Assembly (NCBI GenBank): GCA_964187785.1
Contig: OZ076409.1
Span: 8,496,001 to 8,560,000 of the forward strand
Reading direction: 5' to 3'
DNA: 64,000 nt
Origin: Amphiscolops sp. MND2022
Taxonomy: Eukaryota
Positions within the stretch are counted from its first letter, which is position 1; the number at the start of each line of letters is the position of its first letter. A program made the translations under genes and the position numbers. This document shows, one piece after another, positions 12,656 to 24,538 of the stretch. The notes beneath the pieces were generated by a model that was not told the origin of the DNA, did no database searches, and saw only the letters and a list, made by a program, of their open reading frames with translations.

Positions 12656-15600
12656 TAAGAGGTTAGGAGCCCTTTTTTAACTGTTGTGAACTCATTTTCT
12701 TTTTCTGCAAAAGGTAATTTGTAAATCACTTTCGATTGATTGCAGATTTCAGTTACATTCCAGTTCAAGGTTCAGTAAATCAACTTTAACGCGGTAATTC
12801 AATCATGAAGAGTCAACTATTTCACAATTTGATCAAGCGCCGAAAACCAAAAAAAAAGAATTCAATGAATGAAGTGATTCATGAATGAACAAACTGAAAC
12901 TCCCCCTTTTTCGGCGCGTTTTACGGGTTCTTCAGGAATCCTTTGAACTTCATAAGTTTTGTTTTTCGGAGCGGTTTTGTTAGAATATCAGCAGGCATAT
13001 TTTCAGTTTCTACGTAATTCAAAACAATCTCCCCCTTTTCACTAAGATCTTGCAGGTAATGCGTTTTTATTGCAAAATGTTTTGTTTTACTATGATGAAC
13101 TGAATGTCTACTTAGAGCGATACAAGCCTGATTATCAACATTCAGCACAACAGGTTTCTGCACACTCACGCCAAGCACATTCAACACACCACTTATGAAA
13201 ATAGTTTCATGACACAACGCTACACAAGCGTTTACTTCAGCTTCTGCTGTTGATGTTGCAACATTACTTTGTATTTTACTTTGCCAACTCACACATCCAG
13301 ACTTCGCATTCAGCTTCACACACATACCACTAGTACTTTTTCTATTGTCAATGTTACCTGCCCAATCGGCATCGGAAAAAGCACTCAACTCGATACCACT
13401 GTCTGACTTTTTAAATACAAGTTTACTGTCTCTTTGACCTTTCAAGTATCTCAAAACCCGCTTTGCTGCTATCCAAAGTTCAATGCCTGGGTTAATCAAG
13501 AAACTACTTAACGCGTGCACAGCATTAGCAATGTCTGGGCGGCATGTTTGAGCTAGGTAATTCAAGCTACCCACAAGGCCCCTGTAGTCTCTTTTTCCCA
13601 TTACTTCTTTTTCTTCTTCAGTTTTGGGGCATTGTTCTTTACAAAGAACAGTTTTCTCGACCATTGGTGTATCGACTGGTTTGCACTCAGTCATTCCAAA
13701 CTTTTTCAACATTTCATGTATGTACTTCTCCTGTGACACTGTAATTTTTCCCGGCTCACAGTTAATCTTCATTCCAAGGAACCAGTTCAAATCTTTGCAG
13801 TCACTTACATCGAAATTTGCTTTTATCTCATTTTCGAACCACTCCGTGAATGACTTTCGACGACTCCAGTACAGAATATCATCAACCCACACACACGCCA
13901 CACTCAAGTTCTCACCTTCACCACATACAAACAGACATTTGTCGAACGAACACTCCTTGAAACCAATCTTTTCTAAACAAGATTTCAATGTCAAATACCA
14001 ATTTCTGCCAGATTGTTTCAGACCATACAAACTTTTTTCTAATTTACAGTACAATTTGCCACCATTCAGATCAGTTTCCTCGAAACCTTCAGGTTGTTCA
14101 AGATATATATCCTCATCGATCTTAGCGTTCAGGAAAGCAGTTTTGATATCAAGCTGCTTGGGACAGACTTCATACTGGGCAGCGAGATTCAGCAACACTC
14201 TGATTGTTGTTAAACGAGCAGTTGGTGAATAGGTTTCATTGTAATCCACACCTTCTTTCTGGGAAAAACCTTTAGCCACGAAGCGGGCTTTGTACTTGTT
14301 AATTGTACCATCCGCGTTGTACTTCACCGCAAAATGCCATTTTCCCTTCAAAGGCTTGGTTCCATTAGGCAATTGTTCTAATTTCCAAACTTTGTTGCTC
14401 TGTAGCGAATTGTATTCTTCCTCCATTGCTGTTCTCCACTCAGGTGTTTCTAGGGCTTCTTTGATATCTCTTGGTTCTTGTTTGGGTGATTCGACATTCA
14501 GGAGCTGTTCAGACTTAGTTGCAGAAAACGACAAATCAGGTTCGTTTGAATGTAATTCAGTATCACTTTGCTTTTGTTCCGAGCTTGGTTTCGCAAAGTA
14601 TACTTCCTCGTCAAACTTGGCACTCCTTGTTTTGATTGTCTTGAGTGTACCATCTCCTTTATCAATGCCGATAATATACGTTTTGCTGTTGTCACTGAAT
14701 CCGAGAAAAACTCCTTCACGAGCTGTACTGTCAAACTTCGTGCGGATTTGTTTTTCAATGAATGCGTAGACTTTGCAACCGAACACCTTCAAAAAACTCA
14801 CGTTAGGTTTTATATTGTACATCACTTCATATGGAGTTTTGTTGATTGCGGAATGCAGACACATGTTTTTCAATTGAAATGCGTAATTGAGCGCATAAGT
14901 CCAGTATTCCTTGCTCAAACCTGCATCATGTATCATGCAACGTGCCATCCCGACCACAGTTCCCCATGTCCTCTCTATTTTCCCATTCTCCTCTGGTGTA
15001 TAAGGAGCTGAGAGTTCCGTTCTTATTCCCTTTGTTCTGTACCATGACTTGATCTCTTTACTTACGAATTCGGACGCACCATCTGCTACTAGTACACCAG
15101 GCTTGCCCACGTCTGCACAAAACTGCTGGACTTTTTCCAAAGTCTCCTCTCTGCTTTTCATGAAGTAAACTTTACAATAACGAGAGCAACTGTCAACAAA
15201 GCCAATGGCATAGCGGTGACCATCCACAGAAACGGGAGCAACTGGACCTAGAATGTCCGCGTGCACATACTCAAGAATGTCCTGTGCTCTTGTCCCACAA
15301 TCTCTGGGAATTGCTCTACGTTTTTGTTTGTTCAATTCACAGCACTCACACAATCCAGAATCATCAACACTCACACTCATACCATCAACATGCTCACACA
15401 GTTTTGAGAGATCATTCCAATTATTATGCCCTAATCGACGGTGCCACATACTCAACTTAGAACTGAGAGCAATTTCCTCAACCCGATTTGTTTCACACTC
15501 ACCAACAGACACATCACACGCATTCACACGCCAGACAAACAAATTTTTTCTTTCCTCCATGTTGAACTTAGTTCCATTCTTGGTTTCAATAATATTTTCG

Positions 15601-17530
15601 GTGCCAAACTTCACTTGTACCCCTGCTTGTTTGAGTTTTGCCACCGATACTAAATTTCTTTCATACTCCGGCACATACAAGGCATTTTTGAACTCAATAC
15701 GTTTCAATGTCCCAAGAACATCCTTTACATCGAAGACAGCTGTTCCTTCTCCTCGAATTTTTGACTCACTATTGTTCGCACAAGACACAACACCATCCCA
15801 TTCTTCAAACTCTACGAATTTGTTTCTGTCTTTTATCATGTAGTTGGTACATCCACTATCAATTACTAAATCACTGTTACTGTTATTCATGTTCATTTCG
15901 TTCGAGAAGAATGAAAACTCTTCAACTGTTTCTATTTCTGAATAATTTGTCTTTTCCTTCCCTTTGTATGCTTTTCCTCCTTGTTTGAAGCATTCTGTTA
16001 TGTCATGCCCTTTTCTTTTGCAGTTATTACAATACTTCGAAATAGCATTTTCACCGTCTTTACATTCATTGGCAAAATGTCCCGTTTTTCCGCACCTGTA
16101 ACACTTGAATGTTTTCTGTTGATCTGATCTGTTTTCCTTTTTGAATCTACAGTCTGCTTGTTTATGACCAATTTTACCACAAACATAGCACTTCACTGGT
16201 GCTCTCGCGAAAAATGTACTTTCCTCCTTGGTTGTGTTTTTAAGGTCAAACTCAAAGTTCACGAGGTCTCTTTTGATTTCCTCCAAATCTTTCCTGTCTT
16301 TGCTAAATTTAGCCATGGTTACAAATGTTTTGTACTCTTTCGGCAAACCTTTCAGAAGAATGGAGATGAACATTTGTTCCGACACTGCTTCCCCAATTTG
16401 TTTCAAGTTGTACTGAAGGTCTTCTGCTCGAGTAATATATTCAATAACAGTTTCCGAACTTTCTTTCCTATGTGATGTTAATTTTTCTATCAAGTGTTGC
16501 AAACGAGGACGCTCGTAACTCCTAAACCTTTCACACAATTTACCCCACGCAGCTGGACCATCTCCTTTTTGACTACGGAGGAACAACACAGATTTTGCAT
16601 CCAAACACTGCACCAACTCACACCATACATGATACTTTTTATCCTCAAAAACTTTTGCTGCCTTAACACGGGCTTCCTCACGATGCTCTCGTGAAGCGTT
16701 AGGCTTGTCTTTTTGTAAAAAGTCTTCCTCGGTTTCGGTTCCTAATAGCACACCACGCAGCTTCAACAGGTACATACGGGCTTCAAATTGTTCACTGAAC
16801 AGGACAAAATCTTCATCTTTACCTGAAAATTTCAAGCTTTCCAGTTTTGTCAGAACACTCGCCATCATCAAGAACAGGTTTGCTTCGCTCTCAGTAGTGA
16901 TTTTTTAAATATAGAAATCAACGTTAGATTTTGTGGGAGACTGTCGAAATCAATAAATGAAATTGGCGCTCCCGAACAATGAAAACCTAAGGTCAATTTT
17001 TTAACTTCGAATTTAAATGTCCATTTTACCACAAACACTCAAAATTTATGGTTTTTTTTTCCGAAAAAGGGTTTGTTCAAATGAAAATACCAGTTGTCAA
17101 GTTTGTCCACAGTTCAATGAAGTGTTCCTTGTTTTTGCTAAAGTTTTTCAATTACAATGCTTTCTTCGGCAATTTCTTTCAAACTTCTGTCGTTTTTTTT
17201 TCTTCAAATTTCTTTGTTGTCCTTTTTGCTTATGAGGCCGAGGACACTTTCTCTTTTCGCGGAAGCGACGCCTGGGCCCATAACCTAAGAGGTTAGGAGC
17301 CCTTTTTTAACTGTTGTGAACTCATTTTCTTTTTCTGCAAAAGGTAATTTGTAAATCACTTTCGATTGATTGCAGATTTCAGTTACATTCCAGTTCAAGG
17401 TTCAGTAAATCAACTTTAACGCGGTAATTCAATCATGAAGAGTCAACTATTTCACAATTTGATCAAGCGCCGAAAACCAAAAGAAAAAGAATTCAATGAA
17501 TGAAGTGATTCATGAATGAACAAACTGAAA
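12656..17530 (-). mobile_element. Full-length Ty1/copia LTR retrotransposon, apparently intact
   Basis: LTRs 17286-17530 and 12656-12899 differ by about one indel; 5-bp TSD CAGAC (12651-12655, 17531-17535); PBS GGTTATGGGCCCAG (17272-17285); PPT AAAAAGGGGGAG (12900-12911). Confidence 0.97.
12921..16871 (-). CDS. Copia gag-pol polyprotein, 1316 aa: Gag, three CCHC knuckles, protease, integrase, RT, RNase H
   Basis: Uninterrupted ORF; IDSGCT protease; WHRRLGH/CECC and D(ILGP)..D(GASE)..(KI)E integrase; VWVDD RT; SDADWAG/ADILTK RNase H; copia order PR-IN-RT-RH. Confidence 0.97.
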   Translation of the reverse strand: MMMASVLTKLESLKFSGKDEDFVLFSEQFEARMYLLKLRGVLLGTETEEDFLQKDKPNASREHREEARVKAAKVFEDKKYHVWCELVQCLDAKSVLFLRSQKGDGPAAWGKLCERFRSYERPRLQHLIEKLTSHRKESSETVIEYITRAEDLQYNLKQIGEAVSEQMFISILLKGLPKEYKTFVTMAKFSKDRKDLEEIKRDLVNFEFDLKNTTKEESTFFARAPVKCYVCGKIGHKQADCRFKKENRSDQQKTFKCYRCGKTGHFANECKDGENAISKYCNNCKRKGHDITECFKQGGKAYKGKEKTNYSEIETVEEFSFFSNEMNMNNSNSDLVIDSGCTNYMIKDRNKFVEFEEWDGVVSCANNSESKIRGEGTAVFDVKDVLGTLKRIEFKNALYVPEYERNLVSVAKLKQAGVQVKFGTENIIETKNGTKFNMEERKNLFVWRVNACDVSVGECETNRVEEIALSSKLSMWHRRLGHNNWNDLSKLCEHVDGMSVSVDDSGLCECCELNKQKRRAIPRDCGTRAQDILEYVHADILGPVAPVSVDGHRYAIGFVDSCSRYCKVYFMKSREETLEKVQQFCADVGKPGVLVADGASEFVSKEIKSWYRTKGIRTELSAPYTPEENGKIERTWGTVVGMARCMIHDAGLSKEYWTYALNYAFQLKNMCLHSAINKTPYEVMYNIKPNVSFLKVFGCKVYAFIEKQIRTKFDSTAREGVFLGFSDNSKTYIIGIDKGDGTLKTIKTRSAKFDEEVYFAKPSSEQKQSDTELHSNEPDLSFSATKSEQLLNVESPKQEPRDIKEALETPEWRTAMEEEYNSLQSNKVWKLEQLPNGTKPLKGKWHFAVKYNADGTINKYKARFVAKGFSQKEGVDYNETYSPTARLTTIRVLLNLAAQYEVCPKQLDIKTAFLNAKIDEDIYLEQPEGFEETDLNGGKLYCKLEKSLYGLKQSGRNWYLTLKSCLEKIGFKECSFDKCLFVCGEGENLSVACVWVDDILYWSRRKSFTEWFENEIKANFDVSDCKDLNWFLGMKINCEPGKITVSQEKYIHEMLKKFGMTECKPVDTPMVEKTVLCKEQCPKTEEEKEVMGKRDYRGLVGSLNYLAQTCRPDIANAVHALSSFLINPGIELWIAAKRVLRYLKGQRDSKLVFKKSDSGIELSAFSDADWAGNIDNRKSTSGMCVKLNAKSGCVSWQSKIQSNVATSTAEAEVNACVALCHETIFISGVLNVLGVSVQKPVVLNVDNQACIALSRHSVHHSKTKHFAIKTHYLQDLSEKGEIVLNYVETENMPADILTKPLRKTKLMKFKGFLKNP

Positions 17531-18970
17531 CAGACAAAAGGGCCAAAAAAGCAGACAAAAGGGCCAAAATAATTTTAATTAAAAGCTCAATTTTTATAAC
17601 GTAGTCAGCTATGATCACATACCCCTAGTGCCCTAAATGCAGGAGCGAAGCGAAGCGGAGCGACGTGCCATATGGCAATGCCTCAATGTTGCTACTTGGT
17701 GAAGGGAGCAAAGCGACCGAGCCATACAACAAATATGCTAACGTCTTCAAATAAATCAAGTTCCAGATCCGTTTTATTACATTGCAAAAACAATATTTTT
17801 TTTGAAAAAACAATTGAAATATATTTTTGGTTTTTGGCCTTTTTGTCTGCTTTTTTGGCCTTTTTGTCTGTGGCCCTTTTGTCTGTGTTTTTGGCCCTTT
17901 TGTGTGGAAGCCTTTTTGTCTGTGGCCCTTTTGTCTGTGCACCCAAAAATACCAAGGTTGTCGGCTAGTTCTATGCATGTTTTCAAAATCTTAACGTGTT
18001 GCTGTAATTCATAACTAATTAGTGCTCCTAGTGTTGTCTTGAATGTTATAAACTCTTTGTTACTTTTTTGCTCAAGTGAAGTTAGAACGACATGATTGTA
18101 TTTTTTCAACGTTTGCAGGGGTTCTAGTCTAATTGAACAGAAGTTTTAAGTTGATTTCATAGACACTTTTGACGGCAAGTCTGCGTGACTGACGTAAAAA
18201 TTGACCTCTTGAAAATTCATGACAAAAAGCAAAAAACTGACGGCGAGACCAATAAGACAGTTTTGAGGTTTGAATCTCTAATTTCGGGGATCGCATTTTT
18301 TGTCTCGCATATTTTTATAATATAACGTTTCCGGAAAGGTTCAATATTTTTGAGTGTATATTTCTTCAAAGTTATGAATATTCGAAAGTTCAATCAACAA
18401 GCAGATTCGAACAATTTTCTTGCAATCTTTTTTTTGCATTTGTAATATCTTTTTAAATAGGTGTGGTTTTTTGTAATTTGATTGGTCCATCAATTACTAC
18501 TGAAGTACATGTTTATGAATGGTTAATTAATTGTCAATATATTTGACAACTATAATCGAAACTTAGAATAAAAGCCAAAAAAATTCTCAAGCTCTTAACA
18601 TAATTGAAAATTATGCTTGGTGAAATTACTTTTGTTTGTTTTCCAATTTTTTGAAAGATCAAGCCTCAAAAGTTGTTTAGTTACTCACAGATTTTAGTAC
18701 TCTGGTCTTTAGATGCAACAAAAAAGGGCTAACAACAGTTCGCAATAAAAGAACAGTTTCAGACAGAAAACCGACTCGAGACAACTTTTTTTAAGTTAAC
18801 AGCTTCTCAGCTTTTGATTCGCCTTACCTTTAAAACTGAGTTATCATCAGAAACTATGCATCGGAGGTTTGTCCAGGTAAGCAATGTTGAAAAAGATGCT
18901 TTTTCTCAATGTTGTAGATAGATGCACAAATTTCGCCGGCCAAAAAGGTTAAAAAACTACATTATCTCAG

Positions 18971-19313
18971 TTTTTAGTCGGCCATACATGAAATGAAACG
19001 CGACTATTATAGTGACTCTTTTTTTCCAATCCACACGAACTGACCAGAATAGTTCTACAAAGTTCTACGAAATTTTAAGGTGTCAAATTGAGCCATTTGA
19101 CCCAGGGAACTGAACTAAAAAAGTTTTTCCTTTTTTTGCAGCGAAACATACAATACTGGAGAGACTAAAGGGTCCCATTCAGATTTTTTGGCATTGAGAG
19201 ACGTTTTTCAAAAAAAAATCAATGCCTCAAAGGGCCCTATCCAACTTTTGACTTTCAAGTCCTTTTGCTATTTTTGAGCCTTAGATATAACGCCGACTTA
19301 TGTCGTTTACAGC
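18971..19313 (+). mobile_element. HINE copy
   Basis: Similar to 5324-5916. Confidence 0.7.
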
Positions 19314-19976
19314 TAATTGACCTTAATAGTGATAGTTAACGAACAACAAATTCAACTTGACAATCCCATTTCAAGTCGGCGCTTCGTGAAAAAAAATCGG
19401 GACTATTATAGTGTTTTTTGTCGTTTTTCCTCCAATCCTGTCGGTGGGTGTAAAAAAACCTCCAGCAGTTTTAAAAGAAAAGGCTTTCTAACCTTTAGCG
19501 GAACACCGACTTGAGAGACGACAGTTGTTAGCTGATCAAAAAAGGTACAATCCTCATTCAGCTCAGTTACGTTGTACCTTTGTTTTGTCTTCACCAGAAA
19601 GTTTTCATTTTAGATAGTAATTTTTATGCTGCTGTAAAGGTATGATGGAGTTTGGGTTGCTATTGACATTGCATAAAAAATAAAAAAATTCCTAATAAAA
19701 TTCTTCATGTTTTTGGAAGAAAACTGAATTTATGCAAAAAAAAGCACTTTTTTGGTTTGAAAAGTCATTCAAATACAGAGTTTGGAATGATTGAGCCGTT
19801 TCTCCAAGAAACTATCAGCTCAATCACTCGATTGTTTCGGTGCTTAAAAGTAATTTTCAGTTTCCCTAAAATTTTAGCCACTTCTTACTTCAATTTGATT
19901 TCAGCTTTAATTAAGTTGAAACCAGATATCTAAGATGAACGGAACGTTGCTCAATGGCAAAAAGATTTTATTGGTG

Positions 19977-20582
19977 TTTTTAGTCGACGCTTTTAGAATA
20001 AAAGAGCCCGACTATTACAGTCACTGTTTTTTTCTCTTTTTTGTATTCTCTTAAGACAGGCTCGAATGGGATGAACTTTCTGTTAAGTTTGTTCAACTAA
20101 ACGATAACCTCGGAAACGCTTCTAAGTCAGTGCAAAGTCTTCCCTTTCATTTTCCTTTTTTAACGTAACACAAAACCGGACGAGACTAAGGGTCTCCCTT
20201 TATTTTTTCAATATTTTGAAACATAATGGATGCTAAAAAATTTCAAATGGTCTCTTTTACAGTTTTCATGCACTATGAGACTGTTTCGAAATTTTCATTT
20301 TTCGTGTAAATTAGGTTTTCTTGATATATATCCACATATAATTTTTTAAACTCTATTCGAGTTTTTGACGTTATATCCGAATTGTATCGCGTTTTTTTAA
20401 AGAGGAGAAAGAGAAGCGGAAGTTCGAAAACTAGCGATTCCATTCGTCGCAGCACCAAACGTTTGGGTGTTTTGACACTTTTACGTGAGTTTTTTATAAA
20501 AAGAAGTCCTGGGTGTATTTTAAAAACATCGAGTTTTTGGGCCTTAAGTGGGGCGCCGACTTGAGACTTTCCGTCTTGTTGT
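19977..20582 (+). mobile_element. HINE copy, followed head-to-tail by a 3'-truncated copy at about 20647-21100
   Basis: Conserved termini. Confidence 0.7.
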
Positions 20583-22839
20583 TTTAAAGTGAATTTTAAA
20601 AAGTTTCGTGAATCAACCAATATCGCTGCGCCGGTCACATTTTGCGTTTTTAGTCGGCGTTTTCGAAGAAAAAGCACGACTCTTACAGTGGCTAGTTTTT
20701 TTTCGTCAGTTCAACGCGATCGGTCCACTTTTTTGTTCATTTGTTCAACTTCTTGGCCAAGAGTTTAACACGGATTTTCTGGGGTCTGAGAAGCAGGAGA
20801 GCGTGGGTTCGAGTCGTCTCGCACTAAACCACAAATTTTTTATGCTTCCAAAAGTAGAGGGGAGACCAAAGGGTCCCCCATTTGCTGTTTTTTTCGGCAC
20901 TATGCGACATTTTTCCGAAAATTTTTGAATTCTATCAAAGGGTACCCGCTTGAATTTTTTGAAGTTTTCGGTTTGTAAAAAACGTTTAATAAGCCTAAAG
21001 GGTCTCTTTTTGGGTTTTTCGGCTTTATGCGACTTTTTTACCACATATTTTTTTTTGAAAAAAAAATTTCCAAGATTTCCAATTGCTTTTTTTCGGATTT
21101 TTTGTAAACAAAACATAATATCATCACTAGTAGATGGATTAATTTCTGTCAGCAATAAAAAATTTCAAAGTCAGGTCTCTAAGACGTGTAAATTTGTTGT
21201 TCCTATATCAGGATTTCCAAAATTGTTTGCAAAACTGATTCTGAAGTGTTTTCACAAGTTTTATGATATTTGGTCAAGCCTTTTTTGATTACCTCCAAAA
21301 TAACTCGGGTTTTCGAGGTCATATAATTTCAGTACGAATAATTTTTTTCACAATCTTTGGGTGCAATTCATTTATAACAGTATGGTATGTCTCGCAATGC
21401 AAAGAAACCCAGTAAGTTTCCCTGAAAACCTTAAGAAAAAACGGTCGTCATTTTCCGAGCTACTATTCTTACGCAGATGAATTCAGGCATGCAAAAAGTC
21501 ACATGAAACTATTGGAGCCACCAGGCGTAGTTTTCATACCATGTTCCTCATTCTGCATTCACAAAAATGACGTAAAACCATTCATTTAGAAAGAGTGCAA
21601 AGTCCTGTAAATTTTTATAAGTATCTAGACACTTTGAATTTTTGTAGTACTTGCTTTGATACCCTTACGAATCCCATATGTTCACGCGGCGGAGATGCGA
21701 AGTCATGTGATTTGTGAGACAGTGTGGAAATTTGGATGACTTGTTCAACATTTTGCTATTTACCTACACCAGTTAGCAAAGATTCCATGAAACCAAGAGA
21801 TGACAACATTCGCGCAAAAACGCAACAACGCAAACAACATTTGTTTTTATTTACCATTTTATTGCAATTCATTGCTTTTAGTCAAGAAATTGGTTCAACT
21901 TCCCACTTAAAACACTTTCGCTCAGAGACGTCTACTGAAGTTGTTTCAATGCATTTATTAAAATTGTAGAAACATTTTTGCGATGGTCAGTCAAGTTGTA
22001 TACATTTGTCAACATTTTCACTTCGAACGTGTTCAATGGAGCCCCGAGACCCAACAAAAGGTGAGAGATTGAACAAAGTATGGAAAACTTTGGGAAAACC
22101 AACGGATCAAAATTCAAACTAGAAAATCTGAAGTTTTAGAGATCTGTAAACATTTTAAAAAAAGTATTTTATCCTATAGACTTCAGACGTTTTTTATCGC
22201 TTAAACTTACAAAAACATTGATTTTTATTTTAACTTGTCATTGACGAGGATTCTCAATGTTCAAAAGAAAGTTCTAAAACAAACTCGCCTTTTTTTATAA
22301 AAAATATAGTGATAATCGGAAGATAAGGTATCCCGTAATTTGGACATAATCTCAATTTTAAACAATTAAAGAGCCATTCTTATTTTCTCTCCAAGAAGGG
22401 CTCAAACAAAAGAAATTACTTCAGAAGTTTGAAAAATAATTGACTCAAAAAATTCAAATGTTGGAAATTAGGAAAAAGGATTTGACTTTCTCGGGGCTCA
22501 TACTATACCTTTACTGATTTGCTATACAGATATGCATCTCATAAAATTGAACCATGAAATAAACCCTGTACGTTTTTGCTCAATTTCATTCCAATCACTT
22601 TTTTTTATTTTCGGTGCAGGCAATCAGATTTTAATCATTTTTGTTTACTTCTCATAGTACATTGCAGTGCAAACTGCCAAGAAGCGCCTATACATTAAAA
22701 AATCCAAGTATCTCATTTTCTCAGACGTTTTTGGAAAAAATCCGTCAAAAACCCTCTGGAGTGTTTGGTCAACAACCATTTCTGATTTTTGGGACCATTG
22801 TTTGCTCTGCTCTACGTGAAAGACCTGCACCTGGTCATT

Positions 22840-23650
22840 GAAGATAGTAAAATCGTCATGGTTGCAGCTGACGCTACCGCTGTAAACTCATTTAAAAGTG
22901 TGGATCCTCTTGTCGAAGAAGGCTTGCGAAACTTTACTGATTGATTCAAAAGTAATAAAGTAAACTTACTGTGAATGTGCAAAATGCTTTCACTTTTCAA
23001 GAAAATCTGGCAAAAGTTAAGAATACATTTGGACAGTTGCTTGGGGTTGAGAGAGCATATTGCTTACCTCGTCAAAAAAGTGAACAAGGTTTTTGCACTG
23101 ATGAACCGAGTACGTTACTTGAATCAGAAATGCCTCTCGATGTTTTACAGTTCTTATGCTAAGTCGTCATCTGCTAAGGACTAGTTGCTTGTTGCACAGC
23201 TACGAAAAAGAACTTGAAAAAAAAATTGAAAACGCCCAAGAACGAATATTGAGAGCCATTCTTTCCGAAATAGAAAGATTCACTAAAAAACATTCTGGAA
23301 CGAAAGAAATCTTTTACAGTTTTCGAACTCTATTTGAGGAGTGTGAGAAAAAAGTTTTCAAGCAATTCCGTCATGAAGCTCTTATTTGAAAGGTAGTATA
23401 TTCTTCGACATTACAATAAATGTAGCAAAACACGAACCGTCCGAGAACACCTTACGGAAATCGGAAATATTATAACTGGTTGACGCCGATGGAGGGAATG
23501 TCTTCAGAATTTGATAAACTGAGCATAGCTTAAATACGATGTACAAAAACGGGTTTATATGCTCCAGGTCTACGTTACCGATAATAAACAGCTTTTTCCA
23601 TTATTTTTCTCAAAACTCGAAACTTTGTTTGATGTGACTACTTTCACAAG
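22840..23650 (+). mobile_element. Decayed 3' fragment of a CR1/L2-like LINE RT
   Basis: ADAT (ADDT-like), FKSNKVNL, IHLDSCLGLREHIAYLVKKV, IENAQERILRAI; boundaries approximate. Confidence 0.6.
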
Positions 23651-24122
23651 ACGTTGAAGAAAACAATTATGTGCAAGATTTGGTTCTTTGGCCGAGGGTC
23701 GGAAGAGCACAAAGTCTCATTCGTCCTTTCTTGGTGCGCCTAATTTTGAACAAAGTGGGTATTTATAAGTTTTTAGAAAGCTGATATTTATTCATGGCCG
23801 TTATTGTTTGTCATGAAGGAAGACATTCGATGCTGGCTTTTTAGAGCGCAATCTCAAATTGCTCTTTCAGTAAAAAGTAGCGCAAACAATTTTTCTTTTA
23901 TTAAAGGCACGCTTCGAACGTAAGAAACCCCCTGAATGTTTATATCAGATTCTGACAGGATCAAACCACTAATTGGAGAGGGTTGGTCTCTTTGCCACCA
24001 AAATGTATCGTGAGAAAATGAGATGACTCGTCTACTCGTCTCTAGTTTTAAACTATTCTATCCTTTTATTCAGAGAACAAGCCTATAAGAGGGTGAATAA
24101 TGAATATATAATAATCATTTTT

Positions 24123-24538
24123 GGCTCTTTTCTGTCCCCTCCCACCACCATAATTTTTGAAAACAACTTTCCTTAAAAATTTTAGACTAGCCTAATTAAA
24201 AGTAAAACCTTCTTTCATAACAGGAGGTTAACTTCTATTAGAGTAGTATTCCGCTCGAACAAAACATTGTTCAGACATTTTGACGATAATTATGTTCGTA
24301 TTAAGTGTTTATTGATGACTCAAAACAGGAAGCTGTTGATTTCTTTATCAAAAATGCGTAACTACATAGGGAAAAAGTGTGCACAAAGTCTGTATCTGAA
24401 TCCTAAACTATCACCCTGAGAATATATTTAAAACTGAAGCTTTCTGGTTTGTATTCAAGTCTATTTGTTATAAGATTTTCACTAATTTTCCAAAACAAAT
24501 TTTGGTGGTGGTGGGGGGGGGGGGAACAGAAAAGAGCC
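24123..24538. mobile_element. MITE-like inverted-repeat element
   Basis: GGCTCTTTTCTGT.CCC..CCACCACC and its inverse at the other end. Confidence 0.6.

Larger units (their letters stand above)
12628..17944. mobile_element. Foldback MITE with CAGACAAAAGGGC arrays, split by the intact copia element
   Basis: Left array 12628-12655 plus 17531-17570, inverted array about 17836-17944; AAAAATA repeated at both flanks. Confidence 0.8.

Noticed and set aside
13544..16908. Many + strand ORFs opposite the copia polyprotein
   Set aside because: Antisense shadows of a long coding frame with no recognisable motifs.
17625..18109. Lys-rich repetitive ORFs
   Set aside because: Translation of the CAGACAAAAGGGC MITE array.
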